A DNA stretch of 63,564 nucleotides, the filler included, from Octopus bimaculoides (Eukaryota), in assembly GCF_001194135.2 (NCBI RefSeq). It is 10 parts of 7 records of this genome, joined end to end, with 100 filler letters (N's around TTAATTAATTAA, not from the genome) between each part and the next. Parts side by side here need not be neighbours in the genome. Positions count along the whole stretch, not along the records: positions 28,666 to 41,722 come from NC_068988.1; positions 41,823 to 48,678 come from NC_068996.1; positions 48,779 to 51,610 come from NC_068999.1; positions 51,711 to 55,113 come from NW_026409190.1; 6 more parts are not named here. One strand, given 5' to 3'. Every line of letters begins with the position of its first letter. Position 1 is the first letter of the stretch. The notes beneath the pieces are model-generated. The model was not told the origin of the DNA. It did no database searches and saw nothing but the letters and a program-made list of their open reading frames with translations. Shown piece by piece: positions 40,331 through 53,733 of this stretch. The translations under genes were made by a program, and so were the position numbers.

Positions 40331-41429
40331 GATAGAACTGCAAACTCTTCACCTTAGGATGTCCCACCTCACACAAACAAATCTTACTGCAATAAGAAAT
40401 ATGTCATAATCCCCATCAACCTTACAAAGGATATCTCTTTCATCATCTAAAGTAATAAAATAAGTAGGAGATACTTTCTGTAGGAACACTGCTTTTCTGT
40501 TACTAATTTCCTGTTGTTTGAGATAGAGAGAAATTTTCTTGTACTTCTCAGATATTTTTTATAATATAAATTACAGTAACATTAACATAGATTTGATCTC
40601 AAATACAACTAGATACCTTTATTTAGCAATTCGACTATTAACAATAATGTAAATGAACTCTTGCAAATTAAGGATATAGGATGATATTCATCGTGTTTCT
40701 CTTTATCAATCTGATCAAGGTGTTTTGTATCAGTTGCAGCCTTATTAAATCTAAGTAAAATTACTACTATATTTTCTTAAATCTCAGACAGAGTGGTGCT
40801 CTATATATAAAATAACACCATATCAAATATTCCAATCTTACTAAATAATGTAAATATGTAATTATGTTAATTTAGGCTGTCATCTCTCATAAGACATGTT
40901 AAACACATCTTTCCAGTTATGGAATACTAATTGGCACAAATTTCCCTCGTGAAATTCTGTATCAATGAAAGATTACTCTTAAAATGATTATGCATGTCAA
41001 ACATGTATATACTTCAGCAATATTCCGTCCTTTTAGTCATTAACGTTCAACTTGTGCAAATGATATTTTAATTATATATGAATATATGCATAAATATTAA
41101 ATACCAGACTTGAATTATAAGAAATAAGTTAAAGAAAATATAATTTAGTTTGCAGAAATAGAGCTATATTTGTTTTTATCTATTTTTCAGACTGTTGTCA
41201 CCTCTGACAAGCAATTTATATTTTGTTATTCTAGCTGCAATAAAGTTTTGCTTTTACCTTATAAGTCTTGTCTGAAATGAATGGAAAACGAAAACATGAT
41301 TAATAGAATTTACTAAATGGATGAAGCAGAATATCTAAAATCCTAGTCTTAAGTGGCACAATGGTGAAAATAGTATGATAATAATAATGATTATAATATG
41401 GGCACTGTACACATCCTACACAAACCACT

Positions 41430-41536
41430 TTCAATAGAGTAACCATAAAAGCATCGCAGCAAAACACAGCACATACCCAAGGCACACAGAGCTGCGCTCG
41501 GTAGTGAAGTGAAAGCACGTTATAAAAATAAAACTA

Positions 41537-41577
<41 letters not shown>

Positions 41578-41722
41578 TAATAATAATAATAATAATGAGA
41601 TTGAAACTATAGACCACCTAATCTCAGGTTGTAGGGTCTTAGCACCTGTAGAATATAAAGCAAGACATGACAGAGTCGACCAGTATTTACACTGGACAAT
41701 ATGTCGGCATTATAAAATCAAA
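41430..41722 (+). mobile_element. R4/Dong 3' UTR end + (AAT)n + start of another 5'-truncated R4/Dong copy
   Basis: UTR cacagagctgcgctcggtagtgaagtgaaagcacgttataaaaataaaactactg(aat)n, then EIETIDHLISGCRVLAPVEYKARHDRV.QYLHWTIC (zinc-knuckle H...C region). Confidence 0.85.
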
Positions 41723-42219
41723 NNNNNNNNNNNNNNNNNNNNNNNNNNNNNNNNNNNNNNNNNNNNTTAATTAATTAANNNNNNNNNNNNNNNNNNNNNN
41801 NNNNNNNNNNNNNNNNNNNNNNGTGTGTGTGTGTGTGTGATCGTGTGTGTGTGGATATGTTCCACCTACTTCGATTCTTGTATGTAGTACCAATTCTTAC
41901 CCATGAATAAAAGAAGATGAAGAATGGTGAGGAAGATGCAAATTATTCTCTTTTCATATTGTCACAACAGATTAAAAAAATAAAGAAGAAAATATGAAAA
42001 AGAAAAATAAATCCCTGTCAGGTGATGTTGACACATGTTCAATTTCAAGAATATCAAATGACAGAGATTACAATGTTAGGTATTGTACAGAAAGAAATAC
42101 AGAAAGGACATATAAGGCTTTAATTGACAACAAGAATAATGTGATTGCAAATTTGCTTTCGAATTCTTCATTTTTAGATCTTATTTGCTTTTACAGTGGA
42201 AATAACAGACGGTAAAGAA

Positions 42220-42520
42220 CCACTCTGAACTATAGGACAGAATCTGCCAGACAATGGGTCGATAAGTTAGTAGTTCGCATCACATTGCCGAAGCTAAGAA
42301 GTCCAAATAAAAAAAATAAATAATAATAATCTTTTTAACTTAAGCACAAGGCCAACAGATTTAAGGTGGAGACGGGGTGCAAGTCGTTTCTATTGACCCA
42401 CGTACGTGATTGATAATTATTTTATCGATCCAGAGAGGATGAAAGGCGGAATTTAAACACAGAATGTGCAACCGGAAGGAATTCTCCTAAGCATTTTGTC
42501 CAGCATACTAGCGATTATGT
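42220..42520 (-). mobile_element. Decayed SINE family A copies
   Basis: ttatcgatccagagaggatgaaaggc...aattt...agcattttgtccagcatactagcgatt. Confidence 0.65.
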
Positions 42521-42642
42521 CAGCTCTCCTTATAGTACCAACAACATTAATAATAATACAGGTAGTAAACCCGCTACGCATGAAAAACTCCGGGAGTTCT
42601 AACAAAACCTGTGACAAAGAGAAAATAATAATAATAATAAAC

Positions 42643-43260
<618 letters not shown>

Positions 43261-43266
43261 TAATAA

Positions 43267-43656
43267 TCCATAAAGATGAAAATGAAACCTACAGAGTATC
43301 TCAACAGGCATGATAGAGCTGCACAATATATTCACTGGGTAATATGCAAAAACCTGGACTTGCCCCATGATAAAAACTGGTGGGAACACAAACCACCCCC
43401 AGTACTTGAAAATGATCACATTGCACTCCTCTGGAACTTTACCATTCAAACTGACAGAAAGATAGACGCAAATAGGCCAGACATCATACTGAAAGACTTC
43501 AGACAAAAATCATGCCTCCTCATTGATATGACTGTCCCAATCGATATAAACGTATCTGTCAAGACCTACCAAAAACTGAGCAAACATAAAGATCTTGAAA
43601 TAGAAATTAGCAAAATGTGGAATCTGAAGACGAAAACAATACCTATTGTCATAGGT
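43267..43656 (+). mobile_element. R4/Dong-like LINE (subfamily C), REL endonuclease region, running into a gap
   Basis: Reads PTEYLNRHDRAAQYIHWVICK...LWNFTIQTDRKIDANRPDIILKD...LIDMTVPID...KLSKHKDLEIEISKMWNLKTKTIPIVIG. Confidence 0.9.
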
Positions 43657-44092
43657 NNNNNNNNNNNNNNNNNNNNNNNNNNNNNNNNNNNNNNNNNNNN
43701 NNNNNNNNNNNNNNNNNNNNNNNNNNNNNNNNNNNNNNNNNNNNNNNNNNNNNNNNNNNNNNNNNNNNNNNNNNNNNNNNNNNNNNNNNNNNNNNNNNNN
43801 NNNNNNNNNNNNNNNNNNNNNNNNNNNNNNNNNNNNNNNNNNNNNNNNNNNNNNNNNNNNNNNNNNNNNNNNNNNNNNNNNNNNNNNNNNNNNNNNNNNN
43901 NNNNNNNNNNNNNNNNNNNNNNNNNNNNNNNNNNNNNNNNNNNNNNNNNNNNNNNNNNNNNNNNNNNNNNNNNNNNNNNNNNNNNNNNNNNNNNNNNNNN
44001 NNNNNNNNNNNNNNNNNNNNNNNNNNNNNNNNNNNNNNNNNNNNNNNNNNNNNNNNNNNNNNNNNNNNNNNNNNNNNNNNNNNNNNNNNNNN

Positions 44093-44221
<129 letters not shown>

Positions 44222-44625
44222 TCCATAAAGATGAAAATGAAGCAAAGATGATAGATGTTGCAACACCAGGCGATTCGAGGGTGAAATGCAAGGAAACAGA
44301 AAAGATTGAGAAATACCAGCAACTGCGGGACGAGATAGATAAGTTATCGGGCATGAGGAAAGTAATGGTGATACCGGTGGTAATTGGAGTATTAGGAGCA
44401 GTTTCCAAGGGCTTTGAAAAACATATTAAGAATATTGGAGCTACTATCAGGGTCGAAGTGATCCAGAAGACAGCATTGTTGGGTACAGCTCACATTCTAA
44501 GGAGATTATTCTCTTTGAGTCACAGGAGAAGGTACTACTTGAAACCTTTGGTGATTTGTTATTTCCTGCTTTCATGCAAAGAACAACCAGGAATTAAGAA
44601 CTATCTGAGAGTCTTTCAGAATAAT
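44222..44625 (+). mobile_element. Second subfamily-B R4/Dong 3' end, with the same 5' junction as 42741
   Basis: Reads MIDVATPGDSRVKCKETEKIEKYQQLRDEI...TALLGTAHILRRL; colinear with 42741-43140 but carries scattered substitutions. Confidence 0.9.
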
Positions 44626-44659
44626 AATAATTATTATATTTCAAATTTTACCACAGGAG

Positions 44660-44852
44660 CAGTCATTTTTTGGTGAGGGCATGAGTCGATTACATCGACC
44701 CCAGTGTTCCACTAGTACTTATGTTATTGACCCCGAAGGGATGAAAGGCAAAGTTGACCCTGGCAGAATTTGAACTCAGAGTGTAGCGAAGGGGAAAATA
44801 CCGCTAAGCATTACGTCCAACGTGCTAACGATTTTGCCAGCTCACCGCCTTA
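44660..44852 (-). mobile_element. SINE family A
   Basis: gtcgattacatcgaccccagtg...ccccgaagggatgaaaggcaaagt...gattttgccagctcaccgcc. Confidence 0.8.
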
Positions 44853-44877
44853 ATGATGATGGTGATGATGATGATGG

Positions 44878-44923
<46 letters not shown>

Positions 44924-44984
44924 AATAATAATAAGAAGAAGAAGAAGAAGAATAAGAATAATAATGATAATAATGATAATAATA

Positions 44985-45470
44985 AGTGGAAGAATTTTGG
45001 AAAGAAATATGGTCGGCAAAGGACCATCCTTAGAAAAAATCTATGAAAATAACAAACACAACACCTGAACAATTCTGAACTCCTATAACAACGAAAGAGG
45101 TCATCCAGGCACTGCAAAGAAACTATGCAGCTGAAAGGCCCCCGAGCAAGACAAGATCCCCAATTTCTGGTTAAATACATCTGACAAAAATACTTAAAAT
45201 GCTGTCCGAAAAATTCAATGAGATACTAGTAGAGTCAGAGACATGTGAATGGCTCACGGAAGGGAAAAAACTATCCTAATTCCCAAAGCCACTGGAACGG
45301 CAAACCCACAAAACTACATACTGATAACTTGTCTCCCTTCACTTTACAAAGCCTTTACTGCAATACTATCGCAGAGTATGAGCAAACATCTAGAAGAAAA
45401 CAACTTGTTTGCAAAAGAACGAAAGGGATGCTGTAAGGACACATACATTTATGAACAATTATAAATAACC
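44985..45470 (+). mobile_element. R4/Dong-like RT N-terminal fragment (frameshifted)
   Basis: Reads VEEFWKEIWS...ITTKEVIQAL...QDKIPNFWLN...EWLTEG/KTILIPK...NPQNYILITCLPSLYKAFTAIL...HLEENNL..KERKGC. Confidence 0.8.
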
Positions 45471-45580
45471 ATAAATAAGAGCAAAAGAAAAAAAATTCTA
45501 TGCCAATATGCTGAGAAATAGACTTTAAATCGTGTTGAAATCGAGGGAGGTAAGCTAACAGAATTTTTTTAATGCGTTAT

Positions 45581-45637
45581 CTCTATATTGAATCAATTTC
45601 GGAATTAATCCAACGGAATTTTCGCTCATCAGCATAG
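45581..45637 (-). ncRNA. Type-I hammerhead ribozyme motif, copy 1 (degenerate stems)
   Basis: Minus strand: ctatg-CTGATGA-gcgaaaattccgttggattaattcc-GAA-attgattcaat-a-tagag. Confidence 0.6.
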
Positions 45638-45759
45638 AATATAAGAAATAAATAAAATACTTACAGGCACCCATGGAAAAAAGCAGAAGACAGAATCATG
45701 TGTACACATAAGTACCCCTGATATATGCTTGTAAGTATTTCATTTATTTCTTATCGTAT

Positions 45760-45818
45760 TCTCTGCTGATGAGGGGAAAATCCGTTGGATTAGTCCCGAA
45801 ATTGATTCAATACAGAGA
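45760..45818 (+). ncRNA. Type-I hammerhead ribozyme, copy 2 (best preserved)
   Basis: Stem I tctctg/cagaga; core CTGATGA at 45766-72; stem II gggg..aatcc(gtt)ggatt..tccc; GAA at 45798-800; stem III attga(t)tcaat; predicted cleavage after AUA at 45812. Confidence 0.8.
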
Positions 45819-46243
45819 TAACGCAATTTTAAAAGATTCCGTTAGCCTGCTTTCCTCGATTCAGCACGATGTGTATTTATAGTGATGTATATTGTATGTG
45901 GTGATTGACGATTTAAAGTCTATTTCTCAGCATATTGATATAGAATTTTTGTTTGCCCTTATAATTGTTTATAATTTTCACCTTAAAAGGTATTTTAATA
46001 TGTTGACCACTTAATGAAATAAAAAAAAAAAAATTATCCTATATTAGAAGTAAATTTATTACCATTCACTTCGGGACTGGTGACCACTCTAAGTTGTGGT
46101 TCTTGAAAGATTACACGTGTACTGAGATTCGCTACGTATTTTATATTTAGATATATCTGGGGTACTTATGTGAACTCGTGACTCTTGCTTCTGCTTTTTT
46201 TCCATGGATGATTGTAAGTATTTCATTTATTTCTTATCGTATT

Positions 46244-46300
46244 CTCTGCTGATGAGGGGAAAATCCGTGGGATTAATACCGAAATTGATTCAATATAGAA
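46244..46300 (+). ncRNA. Type-I hammerhead ribozyme motif, copy 3
   Basis: ctctg-CTGATGA(46249-55)-ggggaaaatccgtgggattaatacc-GAA-attgattcaat-a-tagaa; some stem mismatches. Confidence 0.65.
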
Positions 46301-46500
46301 ATAACGCATTTAAAAAAATTCCGTTAGCTTGCTTTACTCGATTCAGCACAATCTGTATTATAGTGATGTCTATTGTATGCGGTGATTGACGATTTAAAGT
46401 CTATTTCTCAGCATATTGGCATAGAAAATTTCATCTTTTTCNNNNNNNNNNNNNNNNNNNNNNNNNNNNNNNNNNNNNNNNNNNNNNNNNNNNNNNNNNN

Positions 46501-46538
<38 letters not shown>

Positions 46539-46898
46539 CCACCACTTAACAACCGGTGTTGGTTTGTTAGAAAAAGTACCTGACTAAAAAATAAGTTCGA
46601 TTTGTTCAACTAAAATCCCTCAAGGCGGTGCACTAGCATAGCTGCATTCCAATGATAGGAACAAACAAAACTTAAAAGATAAAAACATACGTAGATGCAT
46701 TTGCTCTCACACACATGTGCACACCCACGCACATGCACAAGGTATCGCACTAATATGGCACACGCGTTTACACACACTCACACACACACAAAGACGCTCG
46801 AGCACACATACACATACGCACACACACATGCAGACATACATAAACACACACACGTAAACACACACACACATTCAAACGCACACACACACATGCACACG

Positions 46899-46936
<38 letters not shown>

Positions 46937-47349
46937 TACACATAAACAGTCAATTTTCACCTCCAAGAAATCTGTCTTTAAAACCATTTTAACATCCATG
47001 TTTACAGGTGCCATATGTTGTATATAAATTGCCATAAATTCCAGTATTGAGTTGTTTAAGACTTACAGACTACTAAATCGCACGCTTGTTACTACTGCCA
47101 TCACCGCCACCATCACCAATAGCACCAACAGCACCACCACCATTACAATCACCACAGATAATATCTTTACTATCATAACCGATAGCAGAAAGAAAAAAAA
47201 GAGAAGAAAATTTGCTTCATTTTCTCCAGCATTTTTAACACAACCAATACTACCATCAAACTACAACCAGCTGTAGTCATAACACTATGACCACCAGAGT
47301 ATCAGAGAATGGAGAGGGAAGTGCTGCCCCCCCCCCCCCNNNNNNNNNN

Positions 47350-47530
47350 NGCCAGTATGTTTGTTGAAAGGTGGATGAATATGGTGAGGATTTGCCTGTG
47401 TGAATGGGCCAAATCTGAACATGCGCTTGTAAGCTGGAAGAATCGTGAAGGAATGAGGTGCCTGACCGAGCTGCCCTTCGTGGTCGGAATGAACAGTATG
47501 TGTGGAGGGTCCCTCGGTTGTCCCTGAGAG
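47350..47530 (-). mobile_element. Possible CR1/Jockey-group LINE 3' fragment
   Basis: One frame reads RPRRAARS...HVQIWPIHTGKSSPYSSTFQQTYW, loosely like the RT..YSSTF...W tail of such LINEs. Confidence 0.3.
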
Positions 47531-47700
47531 AAATTTTTGGGGAATTTTTATAGTTTGATTTTATTATTAATTGTTATTGTTATTTATTTTATACACGACA
47601 TTGTGCCAAACTCCAATTGTCCATTGTGTTGTATTGCCATATTTGTTTTCGTGTTCGAGCGTTGTGATCAATAAAGAAAACATTATTATTATTATCATTA

Positions 47701-47777
<77 letters not shown>

Positions 47778-48064
47778 TTATGTTTGACTTTTGTTTTGCA
47801 TTTGTACAAGTTGGATCCAAGTCTCACCCAGAGACCTCAAGAGACAACAAGTTAGAAGTTCATGTAGGTGTTATGCCTAGGGTACCATATATTTGGATTT
47901 GTACAGTTTTGTTCTAGTGAATGTTTAAGAAACCATAAGAAAATTATGTGTTTGCTTTAAAATTTGAGATCACATAGACAGTATTTTACGTAGGATATGG
48001 GCAGTTCCCATGAGCACTATCTTTTGAACTTCAGCCATTTTGGGGTTTCCTGGTATCTGAGCTA

Positions 48065-48151
<87 letters not shown>

Positions 48152-48153
<2 letters not shown>

Positions 48154-48678
48154 GGCGGCGCGCTGGCAGAAACGTTAACACACCGGGCAAAATGCTAAGC
48201 GGTATTTCGTCCAACTTCACGTTCTGCGTTCAAATTCCGCCGAGGTCGACTTTGCCTTTCATCCTTACAGAGTTGATAAATTAAGTACCAGTGATGTAAT
48301 CGACTTGTTCTCTTACTCAACTTTCAGGCGTTGTGCCTATAGTAGAAAGGATTATTATTATCATTAAGGTGGTGAGCTGGCAGAATCGTTAGCGCGCCAG
48401 GCAAAATGCATAGCGGTATTTATCCCGTCGCTACGTTCTGAGTTTAAATTCCGAGTTTGCCTTTCATCCTTTCGAGGTCGATTAAATAAGTACCAGTTAC
48501 GCACTGGGGTCGATGAAATCGACTTAATCCCCTCCACCAAGCTGCCGTTGTGGAAAAAATTTGAAATCCTTGCCGGGTGAAATGCTTAGCAGTATTTCAT
48601 CTGTCTTTACGTTCTGAGTTCAAATTCCACCGAGGTCGACTTTGCCTTTCATCCTTTTGGGGTCGATAAATTAAGTAG
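48152..48678 (+). mobile_element. Three tandem SINE family A copies (CpG-rich)
   Basis: Heads at about 48154, 48367 and 48573; each carries the gaggtcgactttgcctttcatcc-type core. Confidence 0.85.
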
Positions 48679-49719
48679 NNNNNNNNNNNNNNNNNNNNNN
48701 NNNNNNNNNNNNNNNNNNNNNNTTAATTAATTAANNNNNNNNNNNNNNNNNNNNNNNNNNNNNNNNNNNNNNNNNNNNTATATATATATATATATATATT
48801 GTCAGTGGATCATATATCCGAAAAAGATCACTCTAAAAGTGAGAACAATAATGTATCAATAATAATACGGTCATCGAGTGACCAATGGTTTCGCATCTAT
48901 GGAGTCCATAAGGCTAAGCGCTTTATCGATAAGAAAGCATTGGTCACTCTTTGATTTACCACATATTTACCTTCCTGTAACTCTATATATATGTGTTAGT
49001 ATCTTACGGATTCAAGCATATTTGAACTTCGGTCAAAAGCTTTCCAACCGTAAACATCCCACGTTTTAGGACTACTTATGACGGATTAACTTCCTTATCG
49101 AATACTTTGATTTTATGATGAATCTCGAAACAGGTAAAGCTATAAACAATAGCATATAAATATTGGGTTAAAAATTTCTTGAGACAGATAAAGTCGAAAA
49201 CTGCCCGGAGGACATGAGCCCACACGTTTTTTAAATATTTTTTCCTTTATTTAAAAAGGTTTTAGGTAGTTAAATCTATCAGATCAAACCTTAGTGCAAA
49301 GACTTCTGTTTCCGAAAAAGCTACGGGCTGATCCATCGTTGTATTTTTCTTCTCTTTTTTTTTTTTGTTTTGTTTGTGTGCTTTTGTTGCAGCTTTTCTT
49401 TTTTATGTGTCGAAAGGTACGATCCAATCTTTAAATTCCCTTTTGTAGTAATAGAGGTTGTTGTTGTTATTGGTTAATATTTCATAATTTCTATAAATTC
49501 ATTTGAGCTGCTATAGTTAGTGCGTTCGTTGTACACCGAGCAAATATGAAAACTTTGTTTTTTTTTTCTCTCTCTCGTTATTTTTTTATTTTTTACTTTT
49601 TTTATTCCGTTCGTTCGTTCGTTCACTCGTTTGTGCGTAATTATCTTATCTGCACGTGATGGCTCACCAGTACAAGAACATTCACCGATCGCACAAACGC
49701 GAGCACGTACGCACGCAAG

Positions 49720-49769
<50 letters not shown>

Positions 49770-49869
49770 CAGGGCTTGTTAAAGCGAACACAAAATTCAA
49801 TATCAAATGGAAATTTCCGATGAAACGAAAAGAATAATTGGTTTGTATGCTTATTAAATTATGAGATGA

Positions 49870-49958
<89 letters not shown>

Positions 49959-50515
49959 GTTGTTGTTGTTGTTGTTGTCGTTATATTTATTGTTATTTCT
50001 ATTGGAATTATTGGGGGTTTTTTTTTATTATCATAATCGTTATTAACGTTCCCGCTGCTGTCGTCGCTGCTGCTGCTGCTACTGCCTCTGCTGCTGCTGC
50101 CTCTGCTGCTGCTGCTTCTGCTGCTGCTGCTTCTGCTGCTGCTGCTTCTGCTGCTGCAGCTCGTTCTGAAAACACAAATTAGTACTTATGTAAGAGCGCG
50201 ATTCTACTGCGATCACTACATATTCGTTACAATCTTCGCTGCACGCACGCACATACTCGCATACACACACCCGCACTCGCATACACGCATGCACGAGCTT
50301 CTAAGAACGCGCAGATTCATTCACGCCGAGAAACACGCATTCGCTTAGACGAATATGTGTATATATATATACATATATATATTCTGTGACACGGAAACAT
50401 GATCAAAAATCGCACGTAAGCTCTCTCTATATATATACATATTTATTTTATATACATATATATGTGTGCAGAGAGAGAGACAGAGAGACAGAGAGACAGA
50501 GACAGAGAGACAGAG

Positions 50516-50560
<45 letters not shown>

Positions 50561-50815
50561 GATATATATATATATATATATACACATGCATACATGTGCG
50601 CACATATACACGCATATATGTACACACAGTAGATTAGGTTGTATAGAATAAATGATTATGAAGGATATTAACATTGAACAGTTTTAGTCATAATGGAAAT
50701 ATCGTTGCTGTCGCTCTTGTAGCAATAGTATGGTTGGTGCATTGTTGTTGCTGCTAATATTGTTGTTGCTGCTAATATTGCTGTTGTTGATGTTGTTGTT
50801 GTTATGTTGTTGTTA

Positions 50816-50846
<31 letters not shown>

Positions 50847-51571
50847 CCACTTCTCATCTGTGAAAACATAGCTATTCTGCTGTATACTAAAGAAATTGCA
50901 ATTTAACGCGGAACGAGAACATAAATTGGCTATTAACGAACGCTGGTCTCTGCAGTCTGATTCCAATGTCGAATACTAAATAGGAGAGGGGAAGGTGAAA
51001 GATAAAGGAGACGGGAAGAAAGAGAGAGAGAAAGAAAGAGAGATAGAGACACACATAGAGACGAAGAGAAAAACAGAGAGAAACAAAGAAAGAGAAAGAT
51101 ATGGAGAAGAAACCAGAAAGAGAGAAACAAAGAGAGGAAGACGGTTCTGAGTGTGGCGGCGGGATGGGAAAAAGGAGAGGTGGCGAGACAAACAGCAGCC
51201 TTCTCTGATTTCGACGATCGTCAGGGAAGCGAGAAATCGAATCATTTCAAAGTCATTAGTCTAATCATGGCGAATGTATTTTAAAATGAATTCACTGAAA
51301 AGTTTTAGTCCGACATTGCCGATCATTTCCGGTCAGTGGATATCTTTACAATAAGATAGAATGATTGATACAGTGATTGATAGATAAATAGATAAATACG
51401 TACATAGATAAATTAATATATGTATATGTACGTGTGCATGTATGTATGTATGTACAGATACACACACAACACACATACACACACGCGCACACACATACAC
51501 ACACGCATACACACATATATATCAAATGTATATATAATGTATTCGTAGTATACACGTACACATAATATTGC

Positions 51572-51610
<39 letters not shown>

Positions 51611-51710
51611 NNNNNNNNNNNNNNNNNNNNNNNNNNNNNNNNNNNNNNNNNNNNTTAATTAATTAANNNNNNNNNNNNNNNNNNNNNNNNNNNNNNNNNN
51701 NNNNNNNNNN

Positions 51711-51750
<40 letters not shown>

Positions 51751-52551
51751 TTATACATAACCTTTTAATTGGTTTATGTAGCTCATGTTAGAGTTCCACT
51801 TCCCAAAACAGCATATCATTTCCAGTTTCTCTCTATATATGGTCCGCCATTCTATTCTCAGTTGTTTATTATGAGATCAAAGCCCTTCAATATATTTCGA
51901 TTGTACTTTTTATAAGAGCAAAATGGGAAAGCCAATAAGTTTTTTCAGTAATGCACAAAAGATTATAAAGTGATATTTTTCTGTTATCTCTCTCTCTTGA
52001 GATTTCAGTTTTTATTTTATAAAGAAAAAAAAAAAAAAGATTTCTTTGATGAAATAATTACAGGAGGAATGGCAGGCAGCATACATTACATATTTTAGCA
52101 AGATCTCAAGACTTGGTGATGGAAGAAACTCATGGCATGGTGTGAATACTTGCAACAGAGGGATCTCTGTAAAAGGAACCAAAGAGCCAGGTAAAGGTAT
52201 TAAACCCATTGATGGATTGTCTACCATTCAAGGGTGGTATAATCATCATCATCATTTAACCTCTGCTTTCCATGCTAGCATGGGTTAGACAGTTTGACTG
52301 GAAATGGTAAGCTAGAAAGCTGCACCAGATTCTAGTCTGATTTGGTATGGTTTTTACGGTTGGATGCCACCTGCATGGGTGCCATTTACATGACACAGGC
52401 AACAGCCACAACTATGGTTTCACTTGGCTAGATGAATCTTCTCAAGCACAACATAATGCCATGTTGTTGGTTACTTGTCATCACCTCAATGAGGCACAAA
52501 GCTTTTTACAGAGTAGTGTTATTTTGGGACTCAACTCCTTGAGTTTTACTA

Positions 52552-52778
52552 TTAACCCTTATGTTAACATATTTCTGTTGAACTACACTGCTTTTGTTTT
52601 AATTAATTTTGAAAATAAAGAATTTTGTAAAATAGCTTTATCATTGTCAATCTGGTATTTGGAAGATAAATTAACATCAAATTTAGTTGGAAGGTTTTGA
52701 TTCAGAACACTTTATAACAGGAAGTTTGTATCCTAGAACTAGGGGTGGTCTCAGGCAGGTTGATATCAAAAGGGTTAA
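52552..52778. mobile_element. piggyBac-like MITE
   Basis: Bounded by TTAA|CCCTT...AAGGG|TTAA, with about 14-bp imperfect TIRs. Confidence 0.65.
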
Positions 52779-53733
52779 AGGAGTTTTTAATTTTCATATC
52801 TTGGAAGTTACCTGGCAATCTCACTTATACCAATGACATGAAACAAGCACCCATGAAGAAGAACTCTGTGAAGTGAGTGGCATCAGAAAGGGCATCTAGC
52901 TGTAGAAACAATGCCAACGCTGACATTGAAGCTTGATGCAGCTCTGTGGCTTGTCGGATCCTGTCAAACCATCCAACACATGCCAGCATGGAAAAAGGAT
53001 ATTAAATGATGATGATGATGATAATAATAATGATCTTCTTGGTCAGTGAGTTTCTCATAAATAGAAACTTTTATACATGAAAAGAAAAAAAAAAAGGTGG
53101 AGGGGGGGAGACACAAGCAGGTGATCCAGAGAAATTATCCAATTAATGTAGTGGTGGATCTCCATCATTCAACAGTGAATCACCTGTTCCTTAATTAATA
53201 TATAAGTGGCCGAGCATTCCACAGAAATGTGTACCCCTTAACATAATGCTCAAGCATAATCAGTGTAACACGTGTGAGTCATGTGTGCCAAGGGTGCATC
53301 ATTTGATTTACAAATGCAATCCACTCAATGGGATTCTATATCGTTTCCATTTACTCAGTTACACTCACACAGTACGAGTTGGTTCAAGGCTTTAAGAAAA
53401 TGACATTTACCCAAGAAACCACAGAGTGGGACTGAACTTTCTGGCTATGAAGCAAACTTCTTCACCATTTAGCCAAGCTATTCTTACTGGAATGTAGTTT
53501 AGAGTAGATATAGTCAAACGATTAATATTTGACATGTTTTGCTACTCTAGTTACAACTTCAAAAATACAGAATTGTTACTTTTTCTGTTTTCTCAGTATA
53601 CAAAGAAACATTAATAAATAAGAACAGAGCAGTGAATTGGGAGAAATAGTAGTACTAGATTAAATGTTTCATACTGCAACATTGAGTTCAAAACCACAAA
53701 AGTTGACCTGGTTTTTTCATTCATCTGGAGTCA

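Noticed and set aside
50050-50170. (CTG)n tract behind a good minus-strand acceptor (poly-Q or poly-A exon?)
   Set aside because: Low complexity, no donor in a consistent frame, and no linkage to other exons.
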